A stretch of DNA of 64,000 bases from the NCBI RefSeq assembly GCF_000143415.4, contig NW_003314265.1, positions 1,198,446-1,262,445 on the forward strand. Direction: 5' to 3'. The notes beneath the pieces were generated by a model. It worked only from the letters and a program-made list of their open reading frames with translations, did no database searches and was not told the origin of the DNA. The DNA comes from Selaginella moellendorffii. Lineage: Eukaryota; Plantae; Lycopodiophyta. The translations under genes were made by a program, and so were the position numbers. Shown one piece after another: positions 34,851 through 47,540 of the stretch; positions within the stretch are counted from its first letter, which is position 1; every line of letters starts with the position of its first letter.

Positions 34851-37800
34851 ATGGAAGGGAACGAATGGATCGATGGCTACCTCAATGCATTCCTAGAGAT
34901 TGGCAGCGATGTCCACAGGAATTGCGCTCCATCGTCTCGATCGTCGCCCAAGAACAGGGTTGGGGCGGAGGAGACGCGCCAGGTGTGGAGGGTGTCTCGC
35001 TACTTCGTGGAGGAGGTCGTGAGCAAATTCGAGGAGCGCGACATCCATCAATCTTGGGCCAAGGTGATCTTTCTTTGATCGTCCTTTTTTTGTTTTGCTC
35101 TTGTTTCTTGATGATCGCGGTGTTGGGTCGCCGAATCCCTGGCGATCGTCGTCTGGGGTCGCGATCATTCGATTCGCGAGCGAGTTGGGTCGCGGATTCT
35201 GCCGCAATTGGGCGATTGGTTTTCCATGCTGCTGAGCTGATCGTTTGTTTCTTTGCTTTTTTCTTGTTTTTTTTTTCTTTTGTTCTTTGTTGTTCTTGAT
35301 TGCTAGGCGACGGTCAGGAGGAATGATAAGATCCAGAGCGTCCGGCTGGAGAATCTGTGCTGGCGGATCTGGTTCGAGCGGAGGAAGTGGAAGAGGATCG
35401 AGAGCGAGCGGGCGCAGGGGCGAGCGGCGCGAGAAAGAGGGCAACGCGATGCCGAGGAGGAGCTGCTCGAGGATCTCTCCGACAGCGAGAAGCTCGAGCT
35501 TGCCGAGGCAAACTCGTCGTCCTCGTCCGGCAGTGGAACCAAGAAGAAATGCATGCTTAGAAACCTCTCGGTGCTCCACAGCTGGAGCGATCAAGAGCGA
35601 GGAAGAAACATGTACATCGTCTTGATCAGGTATATCTTTTGTTCTCCATCTTTGTTCTTCCTCCTAGTTCTTCGTGAAGTTTCTTGTGCTTTTTCGATCG
35701 CCCTTAGAAAAATTCACGAAGAGCTCTCCTCTCGTTTTAGTTTCATTCTTGGATTGCGCAAAAGCTCTCTAAACTTTCTCCCGTTGCAGCTTGCATGGCC
35801 TCGTTCGTGGCGAGAATATGGAGCTGGGACGAGACTCCGATACCGGTGGACAGGTAACAAGAAACTTCTTTGTTCTTTTGTTCTTCGTTCTTCCTGGAGC
35901 TCTTCTTTGTTTGCTTTCGTCTTTGATGATCTTTGATGATCCCCGTGAGAGCTTTAAACTGCCTTTGCACGCTTGGATTGATCGCTTCGCAAATCCTTGA
36001 TTGCTTGCTCGCTAAACAACAAAGAGCCGTTCAATGTGTCTGTGGCCAAAGCACAGAAGTAATACAAGCTTTGTCTGGCATGAGCTCGCCTTTGTCTCTG
36101 TCCCTGGTTTCTTGGCGAGCATGAATGAATGAGAGATCGTTTGCTTCCTTCCGAGCTTGCTCTTCCACTCCTTTCTCCTTAAAAGTTCTTTGGCTTTCTC
36201 ACGCTACCGTGCTCGCCACGCTTTGTTTCTCGCAGGTCAAGTACGTAGTGGAGCTCGCAAAATCGCTGGCTGCGATGCCGGGGGTGTACCGCGTGGACCT
36301 CTTGACACGCCAGATATGCGCCACGGACGAGGTGGACTGGAGCTACTGTGAGCCGACTGAGATGCTGTGCTGCACGGGTGGCGAGAGCAGCGGTGCGTAT
36401 ATCGTCCGGATTCCCTGTGGTCCGAGGGAGCAGTACCTCCGCAAGGAGCTCCTCTGGCCTCACATCGAGGAGTTCGTCGATGGAGCGCTCGCTCACATCA
36501 AAGACATGGCCAAAGTTCTCGCAGACCAGCTTCACCACCATCTTTACCATGGTAACACCAATGGTACCACTCCGCCGGCAGCGTCCAGGGAGCTGGTCTG
36601 GCCTCAGGTAGTTCACGGACACTATGCCGACGCTGGCTACGCCGCTGCTTTGATATCCGGGGCTCTAAACGTTCCGATGGTCATGACGGGACACTCGTTG
36701 GGACGAAACAAGCTCGAGCAGCTCCTCGTCCAGGGGAGGCAGTCGAGGGAGGACGTGAACTCGACTTACAAGATCTTCCGGCGCATCGAGGCCGAGGAGA
36801 CGTGTTTGGACGTAGCTGAGCTTGTTATCACGAGCACCAAGCAGGAAGTTGTGGAGCAGTGGGGGGATTACTACTTTGGCTACGACGTGAAGGTGGACAG
36901 AGTTCTCAAGATCAGAGCGAAGAAGGGACTGAATTGCCATGGCCGGTTCATGCCTCGCATGGTGGTAAGTTCTATCGTGTGTTCTTCGTTCTTTGTTCTT
37001 GAACTAAGCTTGAACTTACAGGTTATTCCTCCAGGAATGGATTTTAGCAATGTAGTTCTTGATTCTGAGACTGCTGCTATAGCGAATGAGATTCATGGCA
37101 ACACTGTCTCGTTGCCAACGTCGCCAAAGATGGATCCTCCAATCTGGGGAGATGTGAGGGATTTATGTTTTCTTTCTCTTCGGTTGGAGGAACTTCACGT
37201 CAACTTTTTTTGTACTGTACAGATCATGCGCTTCCTGCACAATCCTCACAAGCCAATGATCCTGGCGCTCGCTCGTCCGGATCCAAAGAAAAATATCACC
37301 ACTCTCCTAAAAGCTTATGGAGAGTGCATGTTGTTGAGAGATCTCGCGAACTTGGTAATACTATCTTTCTACTTTGTTTATCCTATTGTATCTTTGTTTT
37401 TCCAGACGCTGATCATGGGGAACAGGGATGATATCGATGACATGTCTGCGGCCAATGCAAGTGTTTTGACCACTGTTTTGAAGCTCATTGACAAGTACGA
37501 TCTTCATGGCCAAGTCTCGTATCCCAAACATCACAAACAGTATGAAGTTCCCGCAATATATCAGCTTGCAGCAAAGACGAAGGTGATCTCTCTCTTCCTG
37601 TTCTAGCATAAATAATACTATTGTGGTCCAGGGAGTGTTTATCAATCCAGCTCTGGTCGAGCCTTTTGGCTTAACTTTGATCGAGGTAACAGTTTCTTCT
37701 CACTTTTTGTTTCGTAAGTTCTAGTTTTCTTTTTCTTTATCTATACAGGCAGCTGCTCATGGATTGCCAATGGTGGCCACTTCAAATGGTGGCCCAGTTG

Positions 37801-39317
37801 ATATACAACAGGTAAACTCCACATTTTTAACTCCTCTAGCGAAGTTTTTTATCCGTTCTTCCAGGCATTGCACAATGGTCTCTTGGTTGATCCGCACGAC
37901 GACAAGGCCATCGCGGAGGCACTCCTCAAGCTGCTAGCAGACAGGGGCCTGTGGCTGGAATGCCAGAGAAACGGCCTCAAGAACATCAACGTCTACTCGT
38001 GGCCGGAGCACTGCCGAACTTATCTCTCCCGGATAATCTCATGCCGGACGAGGCACCCGGAGTGGAGCACTGAGGACAGTTACTCCAACGAGGTGGAGCT
38101 CGACTCGTCCCTCCACGACTCCCAGGAAATTTCCCTCCGCCTCTCCGTCGATGGCGAGAGGTTCCAGAGCTACGGGAGCGTCACCAATGGCAAGAGCAGC
38201 ATCACCGTGGAAGACATCAAGAGATTCGTGGAGAAGTACGCGCAGTCTCACAAGAAGAACGCTAGCGACGTCCCGGAGGAAGCCAAGAGCAGCGAGCTTG
38301 GCACGATTACTACTACTGCTGCTGCTGCTGCTACAAGGTGGCCTTTGCTGAGAAGAAGGAAAAATCTCCTGGTCCTCGCGGTGGACAACCTCCGGAGCCA
38401 CGAGCTCGTCCGGGACGTGGTGATTGCGGGGAGGAGCTATGGTGGCAAGAGCGAGACCGGGCTAGTGATATCCACGTCGCTCACGGCGTCCGAGGTCCAG
38501 CTCGGGCTCAAGGCGGTCGGAGTCTCGGTGCTCGAGTTTGATGCTTTGGTCTGTAGCAGCGGGGCCGAGCTCTACTATCCGGTAGCGAGCGGTAGCAGCA
38601 GCGAGAGAGACGAGCAAAAGGGGGATCCATCGTCGCTGCCACTGCTCTCCAAAGATCTTGACTACGAGAAGCACGTAGAGTTTCGTTGGAACATCGAGGG
38701 GATGGAGAAGACGCTGGCGAGGCTGTTTGAGCTCCAGAATGGCCGCGCCAGTGGCATCGTCAAGGAGGCCAAGAGGAGTAACTCCCGCTGCCTGGCGTAT
38801 CAAACGGCGTCGCGCAATAGTTACCACGTAAGTTCTTGCCAACTTTTCTTCTTGGGACCATTGGTCTTTCTTTTCTGATGGTTTTTTGCTCGTGACTTGC
38901 AGGGAATGAAGATCGAGGAGCTTCACGAGAAGCTGAGGATGCGAGGCCTTCGCTGCCATATCGTGAGCTGCCAGAATGGGACGAGGCTTCATGTGCTTCC
39001 GCTGTTTGCTTCGCGATGGTCAGCTCTAAGGTAATGAATGTTAATTACGAGATCTTGGATCAAGATCATGGAGTTTCTTCCCTCTCGTGTGATTTTTCAG
39101 GTACCTTTACATTCGATGGGGTGTGGAGATTCCCAATATGTTTGTGTGCGTTGGCAAGAGCGGCGACTCAGACCACGAGATGCTCTCCCGTGGCTCGCAC
39201 AAGACAATAGTGTGGAGGAGCAAGAGAAGCCAAGAGGAGGATTTGTCATCGGGCGTTGATGCTGCATCCAATTCCGAAGAGCTGCTGGCGGCGATGGCTC
39301 TTTTTGTACATAGATAA
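34851..39317 (+). CDS. SPS: Sucrose-phosphate synthase, multi-exon
   Basis: [39 protein letters not shown]|[42 protein letters not shown] and an SPP-like C-terminal domain. Confidence 0.95.
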
Positions 39318-39501
39318 AATGCGAGCACTTGAGTTCTGAGAGCACGAAACATAAGTTCAGTGCCTAGTATAACTAGAAAAAATCAAAATAAAAAACCGAA
39401 ATAAAGTGATTATGATAAGAAAAAATGTGTACGCAAATTTGTTGCTATATTATATGTTTGTAGCTGCTCTAAAAGTGTTTCTAGTTGCTTTGACATTAAA
39501 A

Positions 39502-40799
39502 ATGTTTATTAGAATTGGAGAAATTATAATTTGATATTTATTAGTAGATGTTTGTTGAGTTTGATTCTTGCTCCATGCATTCTTTGTGACACTGAAAAAC
39601 ACCAGTCAGTAACAAATGCTGACAGCCATCCAGTTTATATATCTGTTAATCCCAAATTTGATGTAGCTAATGATGTTGCTCCAAAGGGTAGTATTATTGT
39701 TTCAAATATCACAACTGCAATTGATTGGATTCCTTATAATGCATCAAATCGATATGTGATTTTAGTTCAACCTGGTGTTTATTGGTATGTACTTGTTTTT
39801 TCTTTTCTTTTTTTTTGTAATTTAGTTTTGAAAATGCAGTGAGAAGATCAACATACCAATGTTTAAAGATTATATCACACTACATGGCTTATCTGGATAT
39901 GATTGTTCATAATGCAAACCATGCTTCAGCTAATGGTACTGGGAAAAGGGCAACTTTTGAAGTACTTTCTAAATATTTTGTTGCTGAATACATTACGTTT
40001 CAAGTAAGAATTCTTATGATTTTATCTTTTAAAAAACTTTGGGTTGTCTTTTGTTTTGATAGAACGATGCACCATTTGCAAATCCAGGAGCTCATGATAT
40101 GCAAGCCGTAGCTTTGAAATTAAGTGGCGATTTTGCAAAGATTTCTGATTGTTTCATCCTCTCAAGCCAGGACACTCTCTTGGATGACCGTGGGAGGCAT
40201 TACTTCAAAAATACATATATCGAGGGGAACATAGATTTCATCTTTGGCTTTGGGAGGTCACTCTATGAGGTAAGGAGAACTGTCTTTTAACTTTTCAAAC
40301 GAAATGCTCACAAAAACTCTCTCTTTCTCAGAAATGTAATCTCATATCGAATTCCAATGCTACAACCACTGGATCCTTGACGGCACAAGGAAAATCTGCC
40401 CTCACTGATTTGGATACTCGTTCCACAATTGCTACATTGGAGGGACTGGAAAGCTCACGCTGGGCCGACCTTGGAGGAGCAACGCATTTGTGGTTTTCAG
40501 CAATTGCTACATGGAGAGTGTGGTAGATCCCGTTGGTTGGACTCACTGGAACGATGTTTACGGCCTATCCAACAGGTAAATTATCACGAGTAACATCAAG
40601 AGCCGCTTACGTACTTTTTATCTCTCTCTTTTGCAGCACTGCCTTCTTTGGGGAGTATCAAAACTACGGCCCAGGAGCTTATTCGTTGCAACGCGCGAGC
40701 TGGACCAAAACGATTCGGAAAGAAGATGCTAAGTTTTACACAAGCAAGGACTTCATAGTGGCTGTGATGGTTAACGTGATCATGTTTACATTAACTTAA
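39502..40799 (+). pseudogene. Pectin methylesterase (pectinesterase), frameshifted
   Basis: QPGVY, QAVALK, QDTL, IEGNIDFIFG, LGRPW, GW..W and FGEYQNYGPGA are present. The frame breaks near 39895-39905 (exon 2) and near 40405-40415 (before GYSFHNC). Start codon uncertain. Confidence 0.8.
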
Positions 40800-41117
40800 A
40801 ACACTACTAATTATTTTGATTAATCAACCTTTTGTTGTTGCACGAGTCAATAGAAGACGCGGCCCCCGTTTAAATAAGGACGCGGGAAATAAGGAGCGTG
40901 ATCGAGTAATCATTGGGACCGGACGCAGTATATCATGGGAATCATCTTTTTGGGTGATACCGCGGAAAATTTTCGCTGTAGGCATTTGGGCGCCTCCTCT
41001 GTGACTCCGTACGTGCCAGAAGCTACACACGAAGCCTCTTCCCTCTTCCCCGGGGATATAAGTTCCGGAAGAACTGGGCAATTCCCCTCTTACAGAAGCG
41101 CGGCGGACACTCTTTAG

Positions 41118-41819
41118 ATGGAGAATTCCGCCGCAGCAGTCGATGACATTGATCATCGCGAGCTCGTCGAGCATTATCAGGATCATGGCGATGTCACGAG
41201 AGAAGGAAAGGAGGAGGCCGCAGAGCAGCTGCCGGAGCTGCAACGCCTGGAATCGTGCGAGCAGTGGTACTTCGACAAGGAATTCGAGTGCTCGTCATTC
41301 TCGGCGCCATCCCCTGTTCACGAGCTTCTTGGATTGGACGACGCGCCAACAGGTGAATTCAAACTTCCTCTCCCATGCTTTCCGCTCAATGATCCTCCCT
41401 CCGCAGAGGCGGTCGAGAGCGAGCCGCCCAAACGCCGGCGATCCTTCAGCGATTACAGCCATGGCAGCTCGCGAGCGCGACAGGGCATGGATCGGGAGCC
41501 CAGGCGCTACCGCGGCGTGAGAAAGAGGGGCGAGAGGTGGGCGGCGGAGATACGCAACCCCCATGCCCGCGCGAGAGTGTGGCTTGGAACGTATGACAAC
41601 GCCGAGGAAGCCGCAAGGGCATACGATCGAGCGGCGGTGGGATTCAAGGGAATTCGCGCGCATCTAAACTTCCCCGATGACCCCAGGGAGGAATTTGAGA
41701 TGTTCCCGCAGCCCCGAGATCGAGCAAGCGAGGAGATGAATATGCCGCCGTTGCAGGGGATATCTCCCACCACAATGGCACAGTTCCAGACGTGGAGTCC
41801 CTCGGAATATCTGGTCTAG
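41118..41819 (+). CDS. AP2/ERF transcription factor, single exon
   Basis: [19 protein letters not shown]...[21 protein letters not shown]...G..A.LNFP. Confidence 0.92.
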   Translation: MENSAAAVDDIDHRELVEHYQDHGDVTREGKEEAAEQLPELQRLESCEQWYFDKEFECSSFSAPSPVHELLGLDDAPTGEFKLPLPCFPLNDPPSAEAVESEPPKRRRSFSDYSHGSSRARQGMDREPRRYRGVRKRGERWAAEIRNPHARARVWLGTYDNAEEAARAYDRAAVGFKGIRAHLNFPDDPREEFEMFPQPRDRASEEMNMPPLQGISPTTMAQFQTWSPSEYLV

Positions 41820-42450
41820 GCAGAGCATTTCTGTCTCTTTGATGTTTTTGTTTGGCTAATACGTTTTCCCACCTGTGTGTTGAGTGTTGACTATGGTTTT
41901 CTTTTTCTGTGTGTTGACAAAACATTTGATTTTCTTCGTCTGGATGTCAGGAGACCAAAAAAATTTGCTTGTCTTTGTCTGGATGTCAGGAGACAAAAAG
42001 AATTTCTAGCAAACATTTGAATAGTGTTGCACATGTGTTTTTTTTTAAAGCCTGACCTCACATCATTTATACAATGTGACATCACTAGTTTATGCAAGTC
42101 TAATTCCAAAATTGGTTTTAGACATGATGATTTGTGATCTTTCATGATTTTCTGATTATTCCTATTTGTGATCTTCTCTTTCCACTCTAATTTATAATTT
42201 CTTGATTATTCAAATTTGTGATCTTCTTTTTCATCATTATTCTGATTTGTGAAGCTCCTTAATTAAATAAATACCTTTAAGCTTCCCCATTTGAACCCAA
42301 ATGTACTATCTCATTTAATCTATTATACTTAGCAAATTAGACCACTAAATGTCAATTTTAATATATGATATGATTCCTTAAATTTAAATATGATGATATC
42401 ATATAATTTTATGTATCCCAAGACTTTTAATCAATTGAAAAAAATGGTGG

Positions 42451-45400
42451 TGTAAGTGCCTGGAATATGGAAAGGGAATACAGAAATGTGCATATCAATT
42501 AGCCCAAAAACCCTAGCTTATATACAGGAGCAAGTGGTCCGGATTGAAATCAATCCGACAGCTACCAAAATCCCACTACGCTAATATTAGTATACGGCAT
42601 CGTAGCCGTACACTTGGCCCTCACATCATCCCCTCCTCTCGGAATAATGGAAGGCTATCAGGGTTCTCTTGTAGATGGGCCGAGATCTGGAGGAATGTCA
42701 GGAGGAGGCATCGGTGGATCTATAGACGGCATGAACTACTCATGATCCCTTTGTATGAAGTGTTTCAACCGTTGCACATGCACAATCTCCGGAGGATCGG
42801 CCTGCTGGACATCATGCCGAACCTCATAAACTTGCGGTCCAACTTGCCGCAACACTCGATATGGTCCTTTCCACTGTGCAAGGAGCCCCTTAGATAAACC
42901 ACGTACCGTAAGATGGGGAAAACAAACTAACACCAAATCATCCACTTTGTACTCTGCAGGTGGATGATGATGGGAGTTGTAGCGCCGTTGTTGTCCCACT
43001 TGTACGCGGCCTAAGTGTTCGGCAGATTATGCTCGGACAAATGGAAGAATGCTCGTCAAATATTGATCCCATGACCTACTATCAGGAGCTCATGGCAATC
43101 GCAAAGGTAAACCCAGCTCCGTTGGTAATATTGGATCATGACCATATAGAAGTTTATATGGTGAAGCACCAACAGAACTCTGCACCCCTGTGACATATGC
43201 ATACCGAAGAGACGGCAAATAACCATCCCAATCCGAATGCTGAAAGTTCACATACTTTGCAATCATCCCTTTGAATGTCCGAACGAGCCGTTCCACCAGA
43301 CTGTCTAATTGTGGATGATAAACACTCGTAAAAGTGTGGCGTATCCCCAATCGAGACGTCAAAACATGAAATACCTCAGCCATAAATGCAAAACCATTAT
43401 CCGAAAGAATTCCGCTCTGGACAAAAATGTTGGAACACCACTCGATTGAGGAGAAAGTATCCAACAACAGTTGCAGAGGCGCTAGCAAGAGCACCAACTT
43501 CCACCCAACGAGTCAAGTAGTCAGAAGCAATAATAACATACTCATTGCCCAGTCGACCGTGGAAAAGGTCCCATAAGATCAAATGCCACCAACTCAAACA
43601 GATGGGAAACTGCAATTGATTCCAACCGTCCTTCCGCACCACAAGGGAGAGTATTACGAGCTTGGCACCAAACGCAGCTATGCACATACTGGATAACATC
43701 ATGTCGCATCTCTGGCCAATAGAAAGACCTACGCAGCTTCTTAGTCACACGATGATGTCCCATATGCCCACCTAGAACAGGAGAATCATGGTAGGCATGG
43801 AGAAACTGTGGAATAAAGATAGAAGGCACCACTAGTCGTAAATGATCATTAGGATCCGTCCCCACAAAATAAAGAAGGCCATTTTCAAGGCAATATTGAG
43901 AATGTAAATGCCGGAAAGGCAAGTCATCCGCAAGTGATGCAAGATCGTCAAACACATCTCGAAGCCTTCGAATCCATGGCTCAATCTTTTGAGCCTTGCG
44001 AACCTCATCAAGAGAAGGTAGATCTTGCTTTGCGTCTTGTAGACACTAAACATCAAGTACAGCAACCGCCGACGGCACTGAATCCTCATCTAGAAAATCC
44101 ACAGATGCTGGAACAACAGGCTCATCAGAAACATGAGAAGAAAGTGGAGAAGGAAGAGGAGCTCGAGAAAGGGCATCAGCATCAGCCATAGAACTCCCTG
44201 GGCGATGAACAACATCGAAATCATATATCTGAAGCTTCAAAGCCCATCGAGCCGTACGACCAACCAAGTTCTTCCGCTTCAATAATGAAATAATGGCAGC
44301 ATGGTCACCTTCAAGTAATATCCGAGAACCATGTAGATATGCATGAAGTTTCTTGAAACCCTAAACTGTCGCTAAACACTCCTTCTTTGTCGTGGAGTAA
44401 TTCACCTTTGCTGGTTGTAACGTATGGCTTATATATGCAATGGGATGACGCTGACCAGGCACACTCGGGCTCTCTTGCATTAACACACCTCCAAGACCAA
44501 TATCAGAAGCATCAACCCGCAAAATAAAAGGTCGAGTGTAGTCAAGATATGCCAAAACCGGAGGAGTCATCAACAGCTCTTTGAGATCCACAAACGCCCA
44601 CTCACAATCTGAAGATCAGATGAAAGATGACGTTGATGACTTCAGCAACGTTTGCAACGGTGCAGTGTGATCAGAAAGATGATCCACAAAACGATCGAGA
44701 TACTGCACCTTGCCCAGGAAGCGCTGCACATTATTCACACATTTCGGAGTAGGGAACTTTAGAACGGCTATGAGTTTATTAGGATCAACTTGCAAACCCT
44801 CACGAGAAATACGGTACCCAAGATAAGTTGTGTCCTTGGACCCAAACACGCACTTCGACCGCTTCAGCTTTAAACCAACATCCCGTAGCCGATCCAACAC
44901 TTTACACACATCATGAACGTGCTCTGCCCACGTCCCCTCTGAGTGAATCAAGACATCATCAATGAAGTCAGCAGTCACCTCTGGCATATCACAAAGAACC
45001 TCGTCCATCATCTGCTGGAAAGTTGCTAGAGCATTGTTCAAACCAAACGGCATCACCAAGAACTCGTACAAACCAAACAGTGTACGAAAAGCAGTCTCAG
45101 GAATATCTTTGTCGGCCATCGATACTTGCCAGTACCTAGAAGCAAGATCTAGCTTCATGAACCAATGACTTCACCCCAGACGATCCAAGAGATCAGCAGT
45201 GTGAGGAAGAGGGTACACATCTGGGATCGTCACTTCATTTAATGGACGATAGTCGATGCAAAAACGAATACTCCCATCAGGCTTTGTCACAAGATGAGGT
45301 TCACATGCGCAAGGACTCCGCGACTTCTGAATAACACCCTTCTCCAACATCTCCTTGATGTTTGCACATAAAATCTTGATCTCCTTGGGTGACCGACGAC

Positions 45401-47540
45401 GAACAGGAACCTTGATTGGACGAGCATCCCCGGTTGGAATGGGATGACGTGTGGCAATCTTGGCCCCAGACAATAGGTCAAATTCAAAGAGATCAAAATA
45501 CTCCTTCATGAGCTGGTCAACAATTGCAACACAAAGATCATCAGAGGGATCGGAAAAGGGAAGAGCAAAACAAGATGGAAACACAAGAGGAAATAGTGGG
45601 GGAACAAAAGTAATGGAAGCAGAGGTAGAAGTAAAAGGACAAAGAAGTACGGAAGTGAGAGGAATGGATGAAACATAAGGAAGTATGAGACAAGGGGGAG
45701 AAGCCTCAAAGTCACACTTGGCATGATTGCGCTGCAATCAATCCATACCAAGAATGAGGTCAAAAGCTTGACTTGGCACCACCCGCAACGACTGCAACTC
45801 AAGCTCGAGATCGCCCACACGCACAACCAAGTCCGCCTCATCTCATGCACATGCATGTGTATGGCCGTTGCCATAAAGAATGAAAACTGGATCCGCCACA
45901 CGATGCAAGTGTAAACGACAACGTGTGGCAACAGATCGAGCAATAGAAGATAAATTCGAACCTGTATCAACCAACACGGAGAGAAGAATAGGAGACCTCT
46001 TGTTATAAAAATGAGCTTGGAAAGTAAACACTGGATGAACCGGTGCCGAGTGAACCCCTTGATGATACTCCCGAAAGAAAGATGGAGGGGTCACTAACTT
46101 ATTCGCGCAAGGTCCCTCCATTACTCGCGCGACTCCTCGTTTCCTGGATGCACCTTGGTATCCAAACCTTCCACCATAGCAGCACCAACAGGACGTTGCT
46201 GACGCCAAGGTCTCCACCCAGGAAATGGAGGTCGCCAATCCGGAAAGCGCCGACAACGCCGATAAGTATGACCAATTTCATCACACGCCCAGCAACGAAC
46301 ATCACAGCCACGACCACGTCCGCGCCCTTGTCCGTGGACTCGAGTAGCAGTAGCATCAACCTCCATTGGAATAGGACTATCACTCATAAGAAGTGGAGCT
46401 GAAGGACGTGCAGCAAGAAGTGGAAGAGGCAACGTCTCATAACGTTGTACCAAGCGAAGAGCATCGTCAAGGGTGGCAGGAGCAAGGGCATGCACAAGGC
46501 CGACAAAATCTTGACAAAGTGTTGGCCACAACATTCCTAGTTTGATCCGCTCCGACATATTAGGCTCCGCACGAAGCAAAAGACTTCAGAAACGAACGCC
46601 AAATTGCATCACCGACTTAGAGGGCCCTTGGCGAAGACGATGCAATTGTTGGAAGGCATCGTCACAATCGTCAGCATGTCTGAAGGCGCATTTGAAGACG
46701 TCCGGAAGAACACTCCAATCCCTACGAGTGGCCGCACTCAATCCATTGTACCACTTCAACACCGTCCCTTGGAGACACGTGGGAAACTCACGCAAACATC
46801 GAGCATCATCCCAAGAATTATATGTGGCAATCACCGTGAAGTGATCAAACCAATGGTACATATCATCCCCAAGATTCCCACGAAAGAACTCCGGCCGAAC
46901 GCGAGGATTGACACCAAAAGTAGGAAGAGTTGGACCACGTGCCATGAATGCCGCCATCAATTGAGGTTGGTTGTTCAATTGCAAACGCATAGCATCAAGC
47001 AATTGAACCAACTGCTGCTCTTAAGTCAAAGAAAGAGATTGCGGGTCGGCCATGAAGATAAACGAAAAAAGAAAGAGCAAAAGAAGAGAAATGACAAAAA
47101 GCTGGAAAGAAATGGTAGATTTAGACAATGCAAAAAGCTAAATCTAAACTAAAATCCTGAAAAGAAAGAACAAAAGAAAGGAAATGGAAAAAGTTAGATC
47201 TAGACGATGCAAAAGCTAGATCTAAACCAAAATCTTAAAAGGAAAGAACAAGAAAAAGGAAATGGAAAAAGTTAGATCTAGATGATGCAAAAGCTAGATC
47301 TAAACCGAAATCCCAAATCCAAGCACTCCCCAGAGACAATTAAAGGTGCCCCTCACCTCCACCAATGTGAGTGCATGGAATATGGAAAAAGAATACAGAA
47401 ATGTGCATATCAATTAGCCCAAAAACCCTAACTTATATATAGGAGCGAGTGGTCCGGATTGAAACCAATCCGACGGCTACTAAAATCCCACTACGCTAAT
47501 ATTAGTATACAACATTGTAGTCGTACACTTGGCCCTTAGA
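42451..47540 (-). mobile_element. Full-length but degenerate Ty3/Gypsy LTR retrotransposon
   Basis: 175-bp LTRs at 42451-42625 and 47366-47540, PBS at 47349-47364 and PPT at 42626-42640. Domain order is gag, CCHC knuckle (CWACDEIGHTYRRC), protease (LVDTGS), RT (FCIDYR, MPFGL, FIDD), RNase H (DASDIGLG), then integrase (HHCC, SDNG, WKGPY). Multiple stops and frameshifts. Confidence 0.95.
47100..47312. repeat. ~78-bp tandem repeat (about three copies) in the retrotransposon 5' UTR
   Basis: GGAAATGGAAAAAGTTAGATCTAGA.GATGCAAAAGCTAGATCTAAACC recurs near 47180 and 47258, with a diverged copy near 47110. Confidence 0.85.

Noticed and set aside
41939-42000. Short duplicated TCTGGATGTCAGGAGAC downstream of the ERF gene
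   Set aside because: Only two copies in a likely 3' UTR, with no evidence of function.
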